Shown: in pieces, positions 59,676-64,000 of the stretch | Layout of the letters: each line of letters opens with the position of its first letter | Numbering within the stretch: the first letter of the stretch is position 1 | Assembly: GCA_904420565.1 (NCBI GenBank) | Contig: CAJFVV010000046.1 | Span: 948-64,947 of the forward strand | Reading direction: 5' to 3' | From: Candidatus Pseudoscillospira faecavium | GTDB taxonomy: Bacteria; Bacillota; Clostridia; Oscillospirales; Oscillospiraceae | Length of the DNA: 64,000 nt | Translations under genes and position numbers: made by a program | The notes under the pieces: model-generated | What the model was told of the DNA's origin: nothing | The model's database searches: none | The model's input: the letters and a program-made list of their open reading frames with translations, nothing else

Positions 59676-60694
59676 TTTGCAGCCGCCTCCTTCTTCTCAG
59701 ACTTTTCCGGCTTGACAAAACCGAAACGAACCGGTTTGATATAGCGGTCCAGCAGCCACACAGTGCAGTTCATCACCAGGATGGCGAAGCAGACACCTTC
59801 GGAATAGGTGCCGAAATAACGGATAAACACCGTAATTAAACCGCAGCCAATACCAAAAATGATCTGGCCTTTATGTGTGATCGGCGAGGACGCATAGTCG
59901 GTAGCCATAAAGATAGCACCCAGCATAACGCCGCCGCTGAGAACATTGTACAGCATCCAGACAACACGATCCTGGCCGCCTTCGGGGAACAGGAATGTAA
60001 CCACTGCCACCGTCAGGATGAACGCCAGCGGAATGTGCAGGGTAATGACCTTGCGCCAGCACAGATAAATGCCGCCGATAATCAGCATCAGCGCGGAAAC
60101 CTCACCCAAAGAGCCGCCGACCTGGCCCATAAAGCACTGCAGCAGCGTGGTGCCATCGGGCATCAGCCCCTGATGCAGAAACGACAGAGGTGTTGCAGCA
60201 GTAATGCCATCAATCGCTGCGTCAGTAGCCGGGCCCACGGTCATATGAGAACCGCTGGCAACCCAGGTTCCCATGGTGCCGGCCCAGGAAAACAGGAACG
60301 CGCGGGCACCCAGCGCCGGGTTCATAAAGTTTTTCCCCAAGCCGCCGTAAAGCTGCTTGACAATGATAATGGCGAAAGCGTCGCCGATCACGATCATCCA
60401 ATAGGGAATGCTGACCGGGCAGGTAAACGCCAGCAGCATACCGGTGACCACCGCGGACAAATCCCCGATAGACTGGGGCTTGTGCATAATCTTGCGGTAC
60501 AGCCACTCGAAAAACACACAGGCCACAACCGACACGACGGTGACCGTCAGCGCGCGGAAACCAAAAAAGTAAATGGCAGCGATCAGTGCCGGAACCATGG
60601 CGATGATCACATCCAGCATAATGGAACGGACATCCTCATTGCTGCGGATATGGGGCGAGGAGGATGCCTTGAGCGTTAATGTTTTATAGTCCAT
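59672..60694 (-). CDS. rnfD: Rnf complex subunit D
   Basis: SSPHIR, YGGLGKNFMNPA, DGITAATPL, GSLGEVS, FMATD. Confidence 0.96.
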   Translation of the reverse strand: MDYKTLTLKASSSPHIRSNEDVRSIMLDVIIAMVPALIAAIYFFGFRALTVTVVSVVACVFFEWLYRKIMHKPQSIGDLSAVVTGMLLAFTCPVSIPYWMIVIGDAFAIIIVKQLYGGLGKNFMNPALGARAFLFSWAGTMGTWVASGSHMTVGPATDAAIDGITAATPLSFLHQGLMPDGTTLLQCFMGQVGGSLGEVSALMLIIGGIYLCWRKVITLHIPLAFILTVAVVTFLFPEGGQDRVVWMLYNVLSGGVMLGAIFMATDYASSPITHKGQIIFGIGCGLITVFIRYFGTYSEGVCFAILVMNCTVWLLDRYIKPVRFGFVKPEKSEKKEAAAK

Positions 60695-60710
60695 CTCTTC
60701 GCACCTCCGA

Positions 60711-62069
60711 TTACTTTGCTTCTGCCTTGGCGGCAGCTTCAGCGGCCGCCTTTTCCGCAGCGCGCTTGTTGTTGATCTTCTGCTTGCCGGCGCGGAAGTT
60801 GTGCACCAAATGCACACGGCCCGGGCAGATATACGAACAGGAACCGCACTCGATGCAGTCAAACACATTGGCCGCCTCCAGCTCCTCCAAACGGTTCTTG
60901 GTCGCATACATATTCATAATCAGAGGCTCCAGATGCATGGGACATACGCTGACACACTTGCCGCAGCGGATGCAAACCGGATTTTCAACGGTTTTCTCCT
61001 CATTGCCGCAGAATGCCAGCAGGGCATTGGTCGCTTTTCCCACCTGGGCATCCAGATTATACTGGGCATTGCCCATCATGGGGCCGCCCATCAGGATTTT
61101 ATACGTATTCTCTTTCACACCGCCGCAGGCATCAAACACATATTTGAGCTGCGTGCCGATGCGCACTTCCAAATTCTTCGGCTCATTGGTGCCGGAACCA
61201 GCCACCGTGACAATGCGGCGGATCAGCGGCATGCCTGTGGTCACGGCACGGTAAATCGCGCCGGTGGTATCCACATTGAACACCGCGCAGCCCACATCTG
61301 CAGGCAGCTTGCCGCCGGGCACCTGCCGTCCCGTAATGGCCTGCACAAGCTGCTTCTCAGCGCCCTGAGGATAGCGCGTGTGCTCCACGTCCACCACAAC
61401 ATTTTCTGCGTTTTCTTTTGCAATCTCGTTGCGCAGTGCCTCTACCGCATCCATTTTGTTGTCCTCGATGCCAATATGTACCTTCACACCGAATACCTGT
61501 GCCAACAGCTTGGCACCGCCAATCACCTGCTCAGGCATCTCCAGCATGATCCGGTGGTCGGATGTAATGTAGGGCTCACATTCCGCTGCGTTGATAATCA
61601 CAGTGTCTACCTTGCCGAGAGCACCGCTGATTTTCACATGGGTGGGAAATGTGGCACCGCCGCAGCCGACAATGCCTGCGTTCTTTACAATTTCCACCAA
61701 CTGCTCCCCCGTGATGCTCTCTGGATTTGCAACCGGCTTTACGTCCTCGGAAACGGTGTCTTTATGGTCATTTTGAATCACCACAGACATGCACTCCGTC
61801 CCGTTAAAATGAGGACGCGGCTCCACCGCAACGACCGTGCCAGATACACTTGCGTGAATCGGCGCCGATACGAAGCCAGTGGCTTCACCGATTTTTTGCC
61901 CCATCTTCACGGTATCACCCACTGCAACCACCGGGGTGCAGGGTGCTCCGATATGGAGGGACATGGGAATTACAACTTCATCTGGAGCTTCCAGCTTTTC
62001 AATTGCCTTCCCACAGGTCGCGTCTTTCATCGGGTTAGGATGAATGCCGCCAAAAAATGCTTTTGCCAT
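60711..62069 (-). CDS. rnfC: Rnf complex subunit C
   Basis: FFGGIHP, GIVGCGGATFPTHVK, NAAECEPY, YPQGAEK, two CxxCxxCxxxCP motifs. Confidence 0.97.
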   Translation of the reverse strand: MAKAFFGGIHPNPMKDATCGKAIEKLEAPDEVVIPMSLHIGAPCTPVVAVGDTVKMGQKIGEATGFVSAPIHASVSGTVVAVEPRPHFNGTECMSVVIQNDHKDTVSEDVKPVANPESITGEQLVEIVKNAGIVGCGGATFPTHVKISGALGKVDTVIINAAECEPYITSDHRIMLEMPEQVIGGAKLLAQVFGVKVHIGIEDNKMDAVEALRNEIAKENAENVVVDVEHTRYPQGAEKQLVQAITGRQVPGGKLPADVGCAVFNVDTTGAIYRAVTTGMPLIRRIVTVAGSGTNEPKNLEVRIGTQLKYVFDACGGVKENTYKILMGGPMMGNAQYNLDAQVGKATNALLAFCGNEEKTVENPVCIRCGKCVSVCPMHLEPLIMNMYATKNRLEELEAANVFDCIECGSCSYICPGRVHLVHNFRAGKQKINNKRAAEKAAAEAAAKAEAK

Positions 62070-62500
62070 TGTCTTCACCTCATCTAACACCTGTGGATAG
62101 CATGACACTACCCCATACTTGGTATTCATAATATACCTCTTCATTTCATCTGGCAAGTCCTTTATAAGAAATTGATAAATTTTTACCAATTCCCCGATAT
62201 TTTTTTCATTTTTTTACAAATATTTATAGAATTAGGTAAAAAACATCTTTTTTCTTGACATTGGCACCAAATATGTTTCCTCTCCAGCAAGCCTCCCTTC
62301 CCGTTTCGGTGTGATGAAAGAATAGGAATTTGGGGCTGCGTTTTTCTCCCCTTTTTTATCAAAATGATCAAATCTTGTAAAAAATCACTAATTTTTTTTT
62401 GAATCAGGCCGGAATCTTGTGGTTTTGACATTGACAAGGAAGCGTAAAAAAGCCTATCATGTAAACCACTAGTAACCTAATGTTAGAAAGGGTGAACGCG

Positions 62501-64000
62501 ATGAAAATGAAAGCCGCTCAGGTGGTGTGCGAATGCCTGCTGGAACAGGGCGTCGACACTGTTTTCGGTTATCCCGGCGGCACCATCCTGAACATTTACG
62601 ATGCGCTCTATGGATATGAAGGAAAACTCCGGCATATCCTGACCGCTCACGAGCAGGGAGCATCCCATGCAGCTGATGGCTACGCCCGTTCCACCGGCAA
62701 AGTCGGCGTATGCTTTGCTACCTCCGGTCCCGGTGCCACCAATCTGACCACTGGAATTGCCACTGCTTATTATGATTCTTCCCCTGTGGTGTTTCTCACG
62801 GTCAACGTCCCAGAACCGCTGATCGGAAAAGACACATTCCAAGAGGTAGATATTACGGGCATCACCATGCCCATCACCAAAGCCAATTTCCTGGTGCGCG
62901 ACGCTTCCGCCCTGGCTGACACTCTGCGCACAGCCTTTGCCATTGCCCGCAGCGGGCGGCCCGGTCCCGTGCTGATTGATATTTTAAAGAATGTAACGGC
63001 CGAAGAAGTGGAATATGAATTTCTGCCTTTGAGCGAACATGCCAATCACGGCCGTCTGAAAAAAATGCTGGACATTGCTTCCCATGATCTGGTCAGCCGT
63101 GAACGCGAGCCCGATCAAAACGATGTGGACAAACTGCTGGAGATGATTGAGCAGGCCAAAAAGCCCGTGGTGCTCTGCGGCGGCGGCGTGATCCGCTCCG
63201 AGGGGGCGGTTTCTGAATTCCGCAAATTTTTTGAGACGCTGAACGCCCCGGTGATTTCCACCATGATGGGCGGCGGCGCCTGCCCCGGCAACCATCCTCT
63301 GTTTGCCGGCATGGTGGGTATGCACGGCACCCATGCGGCCAACATTGCCGTGTCCCGCTGCGATCTGCTGATCGCCATTGGCTGCCGGTTCTCGGATCGC
63401 GTAGCCCTGTCGCCAAAACATTTTGCTGAGAAGGCCAAAATCGTCCATGTGGATATCGACCGGGCTGAAATCGACAAAAATGTGCTCACCGACCACCACA
63501 TCATCGGCGATGCCCGCCGTGTGCTGGAAATGCTCAACGCCAAGCTGGCACCCCACGACTATCCCGAGTGGAAGGAATATGTATTCTCCCAGAAAGAAGT
63601 GCCCCTCACGCCGGTGCCCGGCAAGCTGCTGCCCAGCGAAGTGCTCAACAGCATTTCGAAGCTGACCGATGGCGATGCCATCATCGCCACCGACGTGGGC
63701 CAGCATCAGATGTGGGTTGCGCAGTATTTCCATTTCAACCGCCCCGGGCAGCTGATCACTTCCGGCGGCTTCGGCACTATGGGCTTCGGCCTGGGCGCCG
63801 CCATGGGCGCTAAGCTCGGCAACCCCGACAAAGTAGTGGTACATGCCACGGGCGACGGCTCTTTCCGCATGAACTGCAATGAGCTGGCTACCGTACAGCA
63901 TTACGGCCTGCCCATCATCACCGTGCTGTTCAACAATCAGACACTGGGTATGGTGCGCCAGTGGCAAACCCTGATGTACAACAAGCATTATTCCCAGACA
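62501..64000 (+). CDS. ilvB: Acetolactate synthase large subunit (runs off the window end)
   Basis: Read manually: VFGYPGGTIL, HEQGASHAADGYARSTG, TSGPGATN, DVGQHQMW, TSGGFGTMGFG, GDGSFRMN; TTGACA-18-TATCAT at 62431-62460. Confidence 0.95.
   Translation, partial: MKMKAAQVVCECLLEQGVDTVFGYPGGTILNIYDALYGYEGKLRHILTAHEQGASHAADGYARSTGKVGVCFATSGPGATNLTTGIATAYYDSSPVVFLTVNVPEPLIGKDTFQEVDITGITMPITKANFLVRDASALADTLRTAFAIARSGRPGPVLIDILKNVTAEEVEYEFLPLSEHANHGRLKKMLDIASHDLVSREREPDQNDVDKLLEMIEQAKKPVVLCGGGVIRSEGAVSEFRKFFETLNAPVISTMMGGGACPGNHPLFAGMVGMHGTHAANIAVSRCDLLIAIGCRFSDRVALSPKHFAEKAKIVHVDIDRAEIDKNVLTDHHIIGDARRVLEMLNAKLAPHDYPEWKEYVFSQKEVPLTPVPGKLLPSEVLNSISKLTDGDAIIATDVGQHQMWVAQYFHFNRPGQLITSGGFGTMGFGLGAAMGAKLGNPDKVVVHATGDGSFRMNCNELATVQHYGLPIITVLFNNQTLGMVRQWQTLMYNKHYSQT

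Noticed and set aside
62150-62420. Rex or CodY boxes in the rnf/ilvB divergent region
   Set aside because: Only weak matches in very AT-rich DNA; cannot be supported by eye.
62461-62500. T-box or leader-peptide attenuator upstream of ilvB
   Set aside because: The promoter lies only about 40 nt upstream of the ATG; no T-box sequence or terminator is present.
1-64000. rRNA, tRNA, transposase, integrase, phage or defence genes
   Set aside because: No such motifs were recognised on either strand.

Overview
A 64 kb stretch of largely core chromosome from a GC-rich, spore-forming clostridial bacterium. Gene content and style suggest Oscillospiraceae (inference). In order it carries: the rimP-nusA-ylxR-L7Ae-infB-rbfA-DHH-truB-ribF operon; a truncated KdpD/KdpE-like pair; a cluster of two AtoE-like transporters flanking a beta-keto acid cleavage enzyme and a CoA-transferase; spoIIE; dusB followed by a fused ECF sigma/anti-sigma gene; mgtC; queT behind an unusual preQ1-I-like leader; galU; a one-gene cassette (transglutaminase-SLH) inserted in the 3' end of an MBOAT-DHHW operon; rpsF-ssb-rpsR; a Spo0A paralogue lacking the phospho-acceptor Asp, next to a complete but divergent Na+ V-type ATPase operon with a SigF-like promoter; a decayed redox/hydrolase islet; a PIN-PhoH gene; the hrcA-grpE-dnaK-dnaJ operon with CIRCE; MATE; rnfCDGEAB; and a partial ilvB. 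I saw no rRNA, tRNA, CRISPR, transposase or integrase. The best leads are the SigF-like V-ATPase with the pseudo-receiver Spo0A, the preQ1-I-like RNA with inserted hairpins, the integrase-less att-flanked cassette, the sigma-ZAS-TM fusion and the AtoE/BKACE module with phased operators. All calls come from reading the sequence; no searches were run.
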